Source: Candidatus Paracaedimonas acanthamoebae
GTDB taxonomy: Bacteria > Pseudomonadota > Alphaproteobacteria > Caedimonadales > Caedimonadaceae
DNA length: 32,000 nucleotides
Direction: 5' to 3'
NCBI GenBank assembly: GCA_000743035.1
Contig: CP008936.1
Location: forward strand, 690,001-722,000
Shown here: positions 9,768 to 22,695 of the stretch, piece by piece
How positions within the stretch are numbered: position 1 is the stretch's first letter
How the letters are laid out: every line of letters starts with the position of its first letter
The notes under the pieces: model-generated
Told to the model about the DNA's origin: nothing
The model's database searches: none
What the model saw: the letters and a program-made list of their open reading frames with translations, nothing else
Position numbers and translations under genes: made by a program

Positions 9768-10415
9768 CTAAACACCAACTTTTAAAATAAAGTCTAAGGC
9801 TACGCGCTCTTGTTGAGAGATTTCCACATTAACCGCCAGTTTTTCACACAGCATCCGTGTATAAATTGCTTGTATGCTATGAGGTGACGCTTCATCCTCA
9901 GGGAGGTGGCTTTTTAAAGCACTTAAAATAATAGGCCGTAAAGGCACTAGATTACCTGTAAGTTTTAAGTGAATTTCTTGGAAATCTTCTTTTGTAAATT
10001 CTATCGTTAATTGGCCACCAGAAGGGGATATTTCTGCACAAATGAAGCTTAAATTAGCCAAAATTTGCGCATAATGAGGAAATTTTGGGCAAATGCGCGA
10101 GGTTTGGTCAGTTTGATTCTCTTCTTCCCAAAAAAGTTCAATTTTGTTGATCATGAGAAAGTCTTGAATAAGTTTTTTAGCCTGATTAAAAGTTGAAAAA
10201 TGGGAATCAGTAGAATATCCAAAGGCTGCACGATAGAAGATAAGCTTTCGAATAGCTTTTTCAGCACTTTGCTTTGCTAATTCTAAGAGTTGTAAACGAT
10301 TCTCTTCATCGGATTCGTCAAAAAGCTCAAAACTGGTGTTAATGGCGCCAATAGGCGTGATTAAATCATGACATAGCCGCGAGCAAAGCATTTGAGCGAT
10401 TTTTGTTGTATTCAT
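9768..10415 (-). CDS. chpT: Histidine phosphotransferase ChpT (CckA-CtrA/CpdR phosphorelay)
   Basis: 215 aa. The N-terminal LCSRLCHDLITPIGAINTSFELF matches the ChpT phospho-His helix motif (ICHDLISPxGAI). Size and the HisKA/HATPase-like pseudo-kinase layout also fit. Confidence 0.8.
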   Translation of the reverse strand: MNTTKIAQMLCSRLCHDLITPIGAINTSFELFDESDEENRLQLLELAKQSAEKAIRKLIFYRAAFGYSTDSHFSTFNQAKKLIQDFLMINKIELFWEEENQTDQTSRICPKFPHYAQILANLSFICAEISPSGGQLTIEFTKEDFQEIHLKLTGNLVPLRPIILSALKSHLPEDEASPHSIQAIYTRMLCEKLAVNVEISQQERVALDFILKVGV

Positions 10416-10445
10416 AGGATGTATTTTCTCTCTGTGGATTATTTA

Positions 10446-11039
10446 CTATACGAGGCACTCTTGAACACGTCGTTGGAGTGCCGGTAAAACATCTTGCGTA
10501 AACCAAGGATTTTTCTTTAGCCAAGAGTTATTACGCCAGCTTGGGTGTGGTAAAGGGAAAAAGTTGGGCAGACACTCTTTCCAAGAGCGAATAATATTGG
10601 TTGAAGACAATTTTTTATATGGCCTCAAATAATATCTTTGTGCATACATTCCCACAAGCAAAGTTAATTTAATCTGCGGCATAAAATTAAGAAAAAGGTG
10701 ATGCCATTTGGGGGCACATGCGGGACTTGGTGGTAGATCGGCTCCTTTAGAGTTTTGACCAGGATAACAAAGTCCCATAGGCATTATGGCGATTTTAGCT
10801 TCATCATAAAAGGTATCACGGTCAATATTGAGCCATTGGCGTAAACGATCACCGCTGGCATCATTAAAAGACATACCCGTCTCTTGTACTCGTGTCCCTG
10901 GTGCTTGGCCAATGATAAGTAGTCGCGCTGAGGGAAGTCCACGGATTACAGGACGAGGTTCATGCGGAAATGTTGAAGCACATAACTTGCATGTTTGAAC
11001 CTGCTTTAAAAGAGAATTAAATTTTTTTTGAGAGAGCAT
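10446..11039 (-). CDS. Uracil-DNA glycosylase superfamily protein (family 4/5-like)
   Basis: 197 aa with motif A (LLIIGQAPG) and motif B (LPHPSWRN). Only 30 nt separate it from chpT downstream, so co-transcription is likely. Confidence 0.85.
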   Translation of the reverse strand: MLSQKKFNSLLKQVQTCKLCASTFPHEPRPVIRGLPSARLLIIGQAPGTRVQETGMSFNDASGDRLRQWLNIDRDTFYDEAKIAIMPMGLCYPGQNSKGADLPPSPACAPKWHHLFLNFMPQIKLTLLVGMYAQRYYLRPYKKLSSTNIIRSWKECLPNFFPLPHPSWRNNSWLKKNPWFTQDVLPALQRRVQECLV

Positions 11040-11096
11040 TTCTTTTTATAGCAAAACTAGTTAGCTTTGGCGAGAAAAGAAAGGATGTTTTTATAA

Positions 11097-11993
11097 ATGT
11101 CACGCACGGATCTTTTATCTGAATTTTGGCTTGATCGTTGGTTGCCTTCGTGGATGAAACCTTATACTCGGCTTGCGCGGTGGGATCGTCCAATTGGTAT
11201 TTTATTATTACTTTACCCAGGGCTTTGGGGATTAGCGCTTGCCTCCACAAGCCTCATACCACTTAAAGAAGTTTTGTTATTTGTTATAGGTACAATCTTA
11301 ATGCGGGGCGCTGGCTGTACATATAATGATCTTGTTGATCACAAGTTTGATGCTCGTGTTTCTCGTACGGCAACTAGACCCTTACCAAGTGGAGAAATCA
11401 CCCATCCTCAAGCCATTATTTTTCTAATCATCCACCTTTTTTTAGCCGCTTTTATCTTATTTTCTTTTTCAACATCTGCAATTCAAATAGGGTTTGTTGT
11501 CTTGATTCTTGTAGCGCTTTATCCTTGGATGAAACGCATTACTTATTGGCCTCAAGCTTTTTTGGGATTAACCTTTAATTGGGGCGTTCTCTTAGGTTGG
11601 GCAGCTTTAAATGGTCAAATATCTATAATACCTTTTCTTTTTTACAGTGCCGGATTCTTTTGGACACTATGCTACGATACGATTTATGCCCACCAAGATC
11701 GAGAAGATGATTTATTGCTAGGTCTTAAATCAACGGCGATCACATTGGGGGATAAAACGCGTCCAGTTTTAAGTTTATTCTTTTTATTGATGATCTTATT
11801 TTTGATTGCTGGTGGGATCAAAGCTGATCTTAAATGGTCTTATCATTTGGTTGTGGCGTTAGTTATTCTCCACGCGCTTTGGCAACTTAAGAAATTAAAT
11901 ATTAATGACTCTTCTAGTTGTTTACAGCTCTTTAAAGCCAATCATTGGATCGGTCTTATTATTTTTATCGGAATTATTCTTGGAAAAAAATAG
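11097..11993 (+). CDS. ubiA: 4-hydroxybenzoate polyprenyltransferase
   Basis: 298 aa and polytopic. It carries the UbiA prenyltransferase Asp-rich motif (GCTYNDLVDHKFDARVSRTATRPLPSG) and a second motif (YAHQDREDD). Confidence 0.92.
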   Translation: MSRTDLLSEFWLDRWLPSWMKPYTRLARWDRPIGILLLLYPGLWGLALASTSLIPLKEVLLFVIGTILMRGAGCTYNDLVDHKFDARVSRTATRPLPSGEITHPQAIIFLIIHLFLAAFILFSFSTSAIQIGFVVLILVALYPWMKRITYWPQAFLGLTFNWGVLLGWAALNGQISIIPFLFYSAGFFWTLCYDTIYAHQDREDDLLLGLKSTAITLGDKTRPVLSLFFLLMILFLIAGGIKADLKWSYHLVVALVILHALWQLKKLNINDSSSCLQLFKANHWIGLIIFIGIILGKK

Positions 11994-12020
11994 GTAAGGC
12001 TTTTATAAAAGCCTTACCTA
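11991..12020. terminator. Perfect 30-bp palindrome, likely a bidirectional terminator between convergent ubiA and the 636-aa gene
   Basis: taggtaaggcttttataaaagccttaccta equals its own reverse complement. It overlaps the ubiA TAG stop and ends 6 nt before the convergent gene's stop codon. Confidence 0.6.
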
Positions 12021-12025
12021 TCATA

Positions 12026-13936
12026 TTATGGATAAACTTCTTTTATAGTAGCGACTAAAACAGCTGCAGTCTTTAGTCCTGGTTGAATTATAGTTTCAAT
12101 TCTTTTCCTCATTGTCATAAGCTTTGTATCTTTAGAGGTCAAGGCCGCATATGCAGAAGCTAGAATTATTTCATCATTTATTTCGAGCTCTTTCTCTTTG
12201 GTTTTGAGCTTATTTTGAATATCTTTAGCTTTGTTTTTATTCTTATTAATCTCAGCTTGAATTTGTATTTCTCGACCATGAATCGTAGCCAAGATATTAT
12301 CTTTAAATTCTTTACCTCCTTTAATTCCTGGATTCAAAGGGATTTCGTCCCCAATTTTGTAAACTTTAGCTTCAAGGACATTGCCACCACCGAGAACAGG
12401 AGCTTTACCAATCCCGGGAGGAGGGGGAGGAACTCCAGGCCCAGCAATCGGCGCAGGTGTTTTATCTTTTATACTTGTAATTGCGCCACGAGTAGTTTTT
12501 TCTGTAGCAGCTGTTAATGCTGGTTTGTTCTCTGATTTTAAAAATTCATTAATGCCAGCTATTGCTGCGCTTGCCTTTTCTTGAACTGAAGCAGCAGGTT
12601 TTGTTTTAAGCTTTTTCATGATTGCATTAGCACCAGCAATTACAGCTTGTCCATCAAGGAATGTGAGCCCTTTTAATGCATTAAAATATTGTAAAGCCTG
12701 TGGTGATGCATCAAGTTCCAAAGCAGCCTTAGGTGCCTTTACTGCCAGCGTAGAACCTACAGCTACCAGTTTTTTAAGTTCTTCTTTTAGTTGAGTATCT
12801 GCGATGTTGTTAATAAGGTCTACTAACGATTGCCTATCGACTTCAACAAGTTTTTTAAATTCATTTTCAGAAAGTTCATGGGTTCCTTTTTTTTGAGGAT
12901 CAATCATTTGACTTATGGTCTGCATTAGCGCAGATGAGTTAGAGGTTCTCATCGGATCTATACCAATCTTATGAAAATAAGAATAAATTGCTTGTATATC
13001 TGACTGAGAAGTTTTCTTAAATAAGCTAGTAAGTTTAGAGAAAGCTTTTTGAACAACGGAAAAATCAAGAGTATTTTTATTCATGAAAACTAAAATAGTC
13101 AGGGGGGATTTTTTAAAGTAAGCTGGATCGCTTTTAAGTAGGGTTGTTAACTCAGTTAGTCTTTGTTGCCCAAAATCTGCCAGACTATCATAATGGGCTT
13201 TCGCCTGCCGTTGATGCAGCTCTTTAAGAATATCTGATTTTTCTAGTATAATATTGATACCCTCCAGCCTTCCTGCATTAGGTGATTTAGTGGTAAGCTC
13301 TAAAATCTTGTTTTCTAAGTCTAAAAGTAACTGGGTACTTCCAGTATTTTCTATCTTTTCAAGCAATGTTTTGAACGTATTAACCTCGATTATACCACCC
13401 TTATTATTAAGTTCTGAGGTAAGTTTATGAGTGTACGTAGTCACTTCTTCACGTACTTTCTTTTCTGCTTCTGGATCTACGGTTAGCGCTCCTTTTCCAC
13501 CTTGGGCAAGTTGCAATCGAAGTTTTGCTATTTCAGCTTCTAGTTTTGAGATGTGAGCTTTAGTTGTCGGATCTTGGGAAGGAACCATCGTTTTTTTGAG
13601 TTCAGTATTCTTTTTCTTAAGTGCTTCAATTTTTGTTTTCAATCGAACAATCTCTGATTCAGGCGTATTATCACCCATTTTATTAATGCTGGATTGAAGC
13701 CCAGAAACTTCTCTTTGAAGAGAGGAACCATTTAAAGCTTGGTGTAACTTTAAAATTTCTGTTTTTAATTGAGAAATTTCTTTCTTTAATTTTTCTTCAT
13801 TTCGAGTATTAGCTGTTGGAGAAGGATTATTCCCAACATTAAGTTTTTTCCAACTTGAGAGAGCGTCTGCATGAAGGTCTATAAAACTCCCAAGTCCTAT
13901 CATGAGTGTGAATAAAGAAACTGAACTTCTTTTCAT
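12026..13936 (-). CDS. Secreted coiled-coil protein with a polyproline tract (uncharacterised)
   Basis: 636 aa with a signal peptide (MKRSSVSLFTLMIGLGSFIDLHADA). Heptad-like K/E/L-rich N-terminal third (EISQLKTEILKLHQAL, LKTKIEALKKKNTELKK, LEAEIAKLRLQLAQ). A GC-rich island encodes PAPIAGPGVPPPPPGIGKAPVLGGG at ~12400-12460. I recognise no family. Confidence 0.8.
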   Translation of the reverse strand: MKRSSVSLFTLMIGLGSFIDLHADALSSWKKLNVGNNPSPTANTRNEEKLKKEISQLKTEILKLHQALNGSSLQREVSGLQSSINKMGDNTPESEIVRLKTKIEALKKKNTELKKTMVPSQDPTTKAHISKLEAEIAKLRLQLAQGGKGALTVDPEAEKKVREEVTTYTHKLTSELNNKGGIIEVNTFKTLLEKIENTGSTQLLLDLENKILELTTKSPNAGRLEGINIILEKSDILKELHQRQAKAHYDSLADFGQQRLTELTTLLKSDPAYFKKSPLTILVFMNKNTLDFSVVQKAFSKLTSLFKKTSQSDIQAIYSYFHKIGIDPMRTSNSSALMQTISQMIDPQKKGTHELSENEFKKLVEVDRQSLVDLINNIADTQLKEELKKLVAVGSTLAVKAPKAALELDASPQALQYFNALKGLTFLDGQAVIAGANAIMKKLKTKPAASVQEKASAAIAGINEFLKSENKPALTAATEKTTRGAITSIKDKTPAPIAGPGVPPPPPGIGKAPVLGGGNVLEAKVYKIGDEIPLNPGIKGGKEFKDNILATIHGREIQIQAEINKNKNKAKDIQNKLKTKEKELEINDEIILASAYAALTSKDTKLMTMRKRIETIIQPGLKTAAVLVATIKEVYP

Positions 13937-13956
13937 ATTATTTTTCCCTACTTATT

Positions 13957-14667
13957 TTAATAGAATCGATATGTATAGCGTACAACAAGAGAATTAATCT
14001 TTGGTTTAAATCGAGTCGTTGTGATAGCGCTTGTTGAGTCTGCCTTTGATAAAGTCATCGAAGAGAAGCGTGTCTGTTTCAGATCAATGCCAATGGAAGA
14101 AGAGTTGTTCCAAGCATATTGATAGGTTAGACCATATTGGAAGCCCGCTTTTTGTTTTGAAACTTTATGAAATTCTTTTCCTACACCATCTTCATGAGAG
14201 CGTGTAAAACGAGCAGATTCAAAACCAAGGATGGTTCCAATAAAATGTTTTTTATGAATAATTGGGCCTAGTCTGAAGCTTCCGCCAAAAGATCTTTTTG
14301 TTTGTAATCTCTCTGTAAGATAAAATCCAATACCTGGTTGAATCTCTAAATCGTGGCGAATTCTATGGTTAAGAGATGAAAAAGCATAAAATCCTTCAAA
14401 ACTTATTCCTAATTTATCTTGGTAGAAAGGGAGGAAATAGCCTAGAAAGGCTTCGCCTCTCTCTGAAGTATTACTAATGGAAGCACCTTTGCTGAATTGG
14501 AACATTGTTCCATCATTACTTACATGCCAGTCCGAACGCTTTCCTTTAAAAGAGGATCCACCTAATGAAACGCCTGCATAAAATCCTTTTTGAAATCCTT
14601 CGTTAGCATTTGCAGTATAGGCGATACAACTAATACCAATTAAAAGTGATAGCATTTTATTTTTCAT
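13957..14667 (-). CDS. Outer-membrane beta-barrel protein (OMP_b-brl / OmpA-TM-like)
   Basis: 236 aa with a signal peptide (MKNKMLSLLIGISCIAYTANA), alternating hydrophobic/aromatic beta-strand pattern and a C-terminal YTYRFY (terminal aromatic). It lies 20 nt upstream of the 636-aa gene. Confidence 0.8.
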   Translation of the reverse strand: MKNKMLSLLIGISCIAYTANANEGFQKGFYAGVSLGGSSFKGKRSDWHVSNDGTMFQFSKGASISNTSERGEAFLGYFLPFYQDKLGISFEGFYAFSSLNHRIRHDLEIQPGIGFYLTERLQTKRSFGGSFRLGPIIHKKHFIGTILGFESARFTRSHEDGVGKEFHKVSKQKAGFQYGLTYQYAWNNSSSIGIDLKQTRFSSMTLSKADSTSAITTTRFKPKINSLVVRYTYRFY

Positions 14668-14936
14668 AATTATCTCCTTAAATTAATTCTTTTGATTTAT
14701 TTAAGCAAAAAGTTATTAACAATTAGTTTCTACAACTTGATATCTGAAGATAGATAAAACTGATTTTTTGAATAAGTTTTTAGTTTATTAAGAGATAAGC
14801 TTATTTTGCTTTGACTTTTTCTGCTTTTAGTTTGAGCTGCTGTTGTCCAAGTTTTTTTAACTGTTTTCCAAGACACTTGAATATAATGGTCTAATTGGCT
14901 GCTTAGTATTCTGATTTCAAGGTATGATTTAGATCC

Positions 14937-15137
14937 TTAGATACGATCTTGATGCTTAAAGTTGTCAATGACCAGCTCTCCTGAAGGTTTTATTTCTGGT
15001 AGCCTTTTCTGGATGCCAGCTAATTTATAGTGATCCATGTCTTTAAAACAGAAAGAGGGACATAGATACGTATCCTCTAATTTAAGACTGCAGATACAAC
15101 ATTTTATTTTCATACTTATAGACATGAAAATCTTCAC
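14937..15137 (-). CDS. Small Cys-rich hypothetical protein (doubtful)
   Basis: 66-aa ORF beginning 16 nt after the ligA stop on the same strand. It has a CCICS...CPSFC cysteine cluster. Start is GTG with internal ATGs. No family recognised. Confidence 0.3.
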   Translation of the reverse strand: MKIFMSISMKIKCCICSLKLEDTYLCPSFCFKDMDHYKLAGIQKRLPEIKPSGELVIDNFKHQDRI

Positions 15138-15153
15138 TGTTTATCGTCATCTA

Positions 15154-18908
<3,755 letters not shown>

Positions 18909-18919
18909 AGGTTACTTTA

Positions 18920-19744
18920 TTATTTATCATTCCAAAGTTTATTGTACCAAGATAAATACTCCTCTGAGTTCTTTTTTCTAAAATCTTCTCCTTTCATAAG
19001 GAGATAAGTCTCAGCATACCAACTACTAGTTGGAAAATTATGGCTTAAAATTGAGGCTGTGGATAAAGCTTCTTCTTTTAGATTAAGAGCCAGGTAAACT
19101 TCCACAAGGCGATGAAGTGCTTCCGGAACATGTGCTGTCGTTTGAAAGTTCTTTATAACTTTACTAAAACGATTCATCGCAGCTATATATCTTTTGTGTG
19201 CTTGATAATAGCGCCCAACATACATTTCTTTAGCAGCCATCATATCTTGAAGTAGGCTAAGCTTTAGTTTTGCATCTTTTGCATAATTACTTTCAGAGAA
19301 TCGCTTTAAAATTTCTTGGAAAGCATCCATTGCAAGCTCTGTCATTTTTTGATCTCTTTCTACAGGGGAAAGTTGCTCATAATAGCAAAGGCCTTGCAAG
19401 TAATAAGCATAAGAAATATCAGGATGTGCAGGATGAAGTTGAATAAAGGTATCTAATGCGGCTAAGGCTTTCTCATATTTCTGATTTTGATAATAAGCAT
19501 AGGAAGACATAAGTTGTGCTTGTGTTGCCCATTGTGAGTAAGGGTGTTGGCGTTCGACTTCATCAAATGCACTTGCTGCTTTATTAAAATTTCCTTTTTT
19601 AAGCTCTGTCAAACCTGTATTATAGAGTTCCTCTACGGATCTTTCGACATATTTTTCTTCTTCAGTACTAGAGCAAGCAGATAACACCAAAAAGATACTA
19701 GTGATGAGTAAAGTAGAGTACTTTTGAAAGCGAATATAAGGCAT
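18920..19744 (-). CDS. bamD: Outer membrane protein assembly factor BamD (TPR lipoprotein)
   Basis: 274 aa with a lipobox (VLSAC), TPR-like repeats and the YfiO-type motif (YYQNQKYEKA...HPAHPDISYAYYLQGLCYY). It sits in the lpxC-bamD-recN-ligA arrangement typical of alphaproteobacteria. Confidence 0.88.
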   Translation of the reverse strand: MPYIRFQKYSTLLITSIFLVLSACSSTEEEKYVERSVEELYNTGLTELKKGNFNKAASAFDEVERQHPYSQWATQAQLMSSYAYYQNQKYEKALAALDTFIQLHPAHPDISYAYYLQGLCYYEQLSPVERDQKMTELAMDAFQEILKRFSESNYAKDAKLKLSLLQDMMAAKEMYVGRYYQAHKRYIAAMNRFSKVIKNFQTTAHVPEALHRLVEVYLALNLKEEALSTASILSHNFPTSSWYAETYLLMKGEDFRKKNSEEYLSWYNKLWNDK

Positions 19745-19863
19745 ATTAACCCCTAAAAAATTATAATCCTTTATCCTGATTAACCTTCTTTCATAAAAAA
19801 GCCAAGAGGAAATGATAAGAACATAAAAAACCTCCTGGATGCTTTATTCAAGTATGTTGTGTG

Positions 19864-20784
19864 TTAAGCAGAGATAGAGTGAACTTTTGATAAAGAATAA
19901 ATAGTAGGATGCCACTCGGTTGAATCTCCTAGAGACTCAAATCTCCAGGCAGATTTATCCGATAAAAGCGCTTTCACTAATTTATGGTTAAGGGTATGGC
20001 CGCTATTATGGGCTCTATAACACCCAATTAGAGGATGGCCAATAACATATAGATCTCCAAATGCATCAAGAGCTTTATGGCGAACAAATTCATTTGAATA
20101 TCTGAGGCCTTCTGGATTCATTACTTGGCCATTATCGATAACAACTGTGTTATCAAGAGAAGCCCCCAGCCCTAATCCAGCTGCAAAAATCTTTTGTGCG
20201 TCTTCATAAAAACCAAATGTTCTAGCTTTAGAAATTTCTTCTCTAAAGCTCTGAGAAGAACTCTCAAAGACTATTGTTTCCGCACTTAACCCCTGACGAC
20301 CTTGAAAATCAAGGGTACAATGAATTGAAAACTCCTTAGCTGGCTCTAATGTTGCAAACCTATCTTTTTCTTTAATGGTAATTGGCTTTAGAATACGAAT
20401 GACGCGACGTGGCGCTTTTTGTTCTCTTATGCGAGCACTTTCTAAAAGATTAATGAAGTCAATAGAGCTTCCATCTAAAATAGGAACTTCAGGGCCATCA
20501 ATCTCAATGTATAAATTATCAATTTCACATGCAGCAATAGCTGCCATTAAATGTTCAATAGTTGCGACACTGGCACCGCTGGCATTCGCAATTTTAGTGC
20601 TGAGGAAAGTATCAACAACATTTGACACAGTTACCTTGATGATATTGTTATGTGTTAAGTCAACTCTTTCGAACACAATACCTGTATCGGCTGGAGAAGG
20701 GAATAAACTAATAGTAACATTTTTTGCTGAATGCACGCCAATCCCCCGATAAGAAACAGGATGAGAAATTGTTTTTTGTCGCAT
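19864..20784 (-). CDS. lpxC: UDP-3-O-acyl-N-acetylglucosamine deacetylase
   Basis: MRQKTISHPVSYRGIGVHSAKNV..., ATIEHLMAA, HKALDAFGDL and GHTLN are LpxC hallmarks. The track ORF extends to 20841. The internal ATG at 20784 gives the canonical LpxC N-terminus. Confidence 0.92.
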   Translation of the reverse strand: MRQKTISHPVSYRGIGVHSAKNVTISLFPSPADTGIVFERVDLTHNNIIKVTVSNVVDTFLSTKIANASGASVATIEHLMAAIAACEIDNLYIEIDGPEVPILDGSSIDFINLLESARIREQKAPRRVIRILKPITIKEKDRFATLEPAKEFSIHCTLDFQGRQGLSAETIVFESSSQSFREEISKARTFGFYEDAQKIFAAGLGLGASLDNTVVIDNGQVMNPEGLRYSNEFVRHKALDAFGDLYVIGHPLIGCYRAHNSGHTLNHKLVKALLSDKSAWRFESLGDSTEWHPTIYSLSKVHSISA

Positions 20785-20915
20785 TATAAATGAAGAAGAA
20801 TTGTCTATAGAATTAGCCTTATTCTTTAACTGAGATAACACAATTATCCTCTATAATTTTGTTAATTTAAGTTAATTATTACGCGGCTTTTGAACTAACG
20901 GCAAATCGAGCTTTA

Positions 20916-22160
20916 TTACGAAATATTACTGGGATGGTATTTTAAACGATGGATTAGTTCTTGCAGACAATCAGCATGGTTCGGTAAAAAATCCTTTTTA
21001 ATCCACCAATCTTCAATTTCATGAAGATATTTTCCTATTTGTGGTCCAGCAGGAATACTGAGTTGAAGAATATCTTCACCTTTTAAAGGGAAAGAAGGTC
21101 TTTGCCAAGTTTTTAAGTGAGCAATAAAGGCTTCTATTTTTAAATTATCGTTAGTTAAGGCAGCTTCTATCAAACGGCAATCTAATACGAGGTGTTTTGG
21201 ATAGTGGTAAAGTAAAATAGCATCAGTTAAGGATCTTTGACCTAAAAGAGTATCTAAAGTTGTTAGATAATTTTTCTCTTCTTTAGAAAATTTAAAAAAA
21301 TCTTGTTCTTTTAGAGGAGATAATGAAAAAGAAATGCATAGCAAATAAAAGCGCCTTAAGGGATTTTCATTATTTGATGGGACATATTTTTTTTCTAGTT
21401 GGATTAATCGACTTAATAATGCCTCATTAAATGTTTTATTTGTAGAGAAAAGGAAGTCAAGAATCTTAGCTTCATGCATTTTTTGTATAGCAAATACAGG
21501 ATTAGTTGCAGAACATAATTTTAAGAATTCTTTATGTACACGTTCTATTGATAATAATTTTAAAGAAGAAAAGAATTTTTTGCAGGCTTCATAGGAAGAA
21601 TGGTCAATTATCTCATTGCCAAAATGAGCAAGGAAACGAAAGAAACGTAAAATTCTAAGATAGTCTTCTTGAACACGTAGTTCAGGATCTCCAATAAATT
21701 TGATAAAGCCTCGTTTTAAGTCTTCTTGACCTTCAAACGGATCGTAGAGTTCTCCTTGGGGAGAAAGATAAAGCGCATTGATTGTAAAATCACGTCTTTT
21801 AGCATCTTCTAGCCAATCATCTGTAAAAGCGACTTTAGCATAACGTCCAAAAGTTTCTACATCTTTGCGTAAAGTTGTAATCTCAAAAGTTTGTGAATTT
21901 ATGATGGCAAGTATTGAGCCATGTTCAATACCTATAGGGATGACTTTGAAATATTTCTCTTTAATAAATTTAAGCATTTCCTGGGGAGTATATATTGTTG
22001 CTATGTCAATATCTTTTACAGAAAGCCCTAGAAGCGTATCTCGAATGCAACCTCCAACAAACCTAACTTTTTCATGAGCATTGGGTATGCAACTGAGTAA
22101 GGTTTGCGTTGTTTGGCTTTGAAGCCAGCCGGGCAAAGGAATAGTTCCAGCTGGCTTCAT
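20916..22160 (-). CDS. cca: CCA-adding tRNA nucleotidyltransferase / poly(A) polymerase family protein
   Basis: 414 aa with GGCIRDTLLG...DIDIAT (pol-beta nucleotidyltransferase head), then RRDFTINALY and EDYLRILRFFRF. Confidence 0.85.
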   Translation of the reverse strand: MKPAGTIPLPGWLQSQTTQTLLSCIPNAHEKVRFVGGCIRDTLLGLSVKDIDIATIYTPQEMLKFIKEKYFKVIPIGIEHGSILAIINSQTFEITTLRKDVETFGRYAKVAFTDDWLEDAKRRDFTINALYLSPQGELYDPFEGQEDLKRGFIKFIGDPELRVQEDYLRILRFFRFLAHFGNEIIDHSSYEACKKFFSSLKLLSIERVHKEFLKLCSATNPVFAIQKMHEAKILDFLFSTNKTFNEALLSRLIQLEKKYVPSNNENPLRRFYLLCISFSLSPLKEQDFFKFSKEEKNYLTTLDTLLGQRSLTDAILLYHYPKHLVLDCRLIEAALTNDNLKIEAFIAHLKTWQRPSFPLKGEDILQLSIPAGPQIGKYLHEIEDWWIKKDFLPNHADCLQELIHRLKYHPSNIS

Positions 22161-22164
22161 TAAA

Positions 22165-22695
22165 TTAGCTCATCCAGGTTGAAATATATGTTGGCAAGTG
22201 TTGAATTAGTTGTTTAGTCATTTGCTTATCTATATCATTGATCATCTCTTCTTGGAATCGTTTGAGCTGATTTTCTCTTTCCGCAAGAGAGAGATCAACA
22301 GGAATTTTAAGGGTGCGAGCAACAGCAGCATGTGCAGAACCTATCACGAAATCACGTTCATCGCGTAGCTCTAATTTGACACGAATTTTTCCATTATATT
22401 GTTCTTGATGGGTGAGTAATTTAGCATCCTCGATTATTAAAATTGCCTTCTTATCATGTCCGTACGTTACAAAACGAGAATCCCCCCATTTTTCAAGAGC
22501 AAGGCGAAGGTTTTTAGTTGTTTGTGTTTCGGTACCGACTGGGGTGTTAATGATCCGCAATTGTTTTACATTAAGGTGAATCGGTTGTTCTTTTGTGAAT
22601 TGATAACCTGGAGCTTCTTTTAAGTCATATTCTGCACAGCCTGAGAGTGAAATAATGCTAGCAAGACTTGAGAAGGTGAGTAATTTAAACTTCAT
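22165..22695 (-). CDS. Putative lipoprotein (unknown function)
   Basis: 176 aa with signal peptide and lipobox (SIISLSGC). It ends 4 nt before the cca start, so it is probably the first gene of that operon. Confidence 0.65.
   Translation of the reverse strand: MKFKLLTFSSLASIISLSGCAEYDLKEAPGYQFTKEQPIHLNVKQLRIINTPVGTETQTTKNLRLALEKWGDSRFVTYGHDKKAILIIEDAKLLTHQEQYNGKIRVKLELRDERDFVIGSAHAAVARTLKIPVDLSLAERENQLKRFQEEMINDIDKQMTKQLIQHLPTYISTWMS

Noticed and set aside
9608-9790. 60-aa plus-strand ORF at the right edge of the long spacer
   Set aside because: It has a GTG start, no Shine-Dalgarno and no motif, and its last 23 nt overlap the chpT 3' end. It is treated as non-coding, and the spacer is reported as a finding instead.
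11017-11250. 77-aa minus-strand ORF spanning the UDG/ubiA divergent region
   Set aside because: It overlaps the starts of both well-supported genes, so it is a shadow ORF.
12250-12306. WH2-like segment (DNILATIHGREIQIQ) about 35 aa downstream of the polyproline tract in the 636-aa protein
   Set aside because: It resembles LLxxIxxG..LKK only loosely. The spacing is off by one residue and there is no LKKV/T motif. It is too weak to claim an actin-monomer-binding motif.
12215-12584. Plus-strand ORFs of 100 aa and 67 aa (the latter with a Gly/Pro run) antisense to the 636-aa gene
   Set aside because: They are the antisense reading of the polyproline/GC-rich tract, and the minus-strand frame is continuous for 636 codons with a signal peptide. 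They are shadow ORFs.
20375-20752. 125-aa plus-strand ORF inside lpxC. The same applies to 2642-2851, 3884-4163, 15692-15989, 17497-17691, 21865-22077, 24363-24599, 27313-27522 and 29103-29285.
   Set aside because: All are embedded in, or antisense to, genes with clear family signatures, and none has a recognisable motif or ribosome-binding site.
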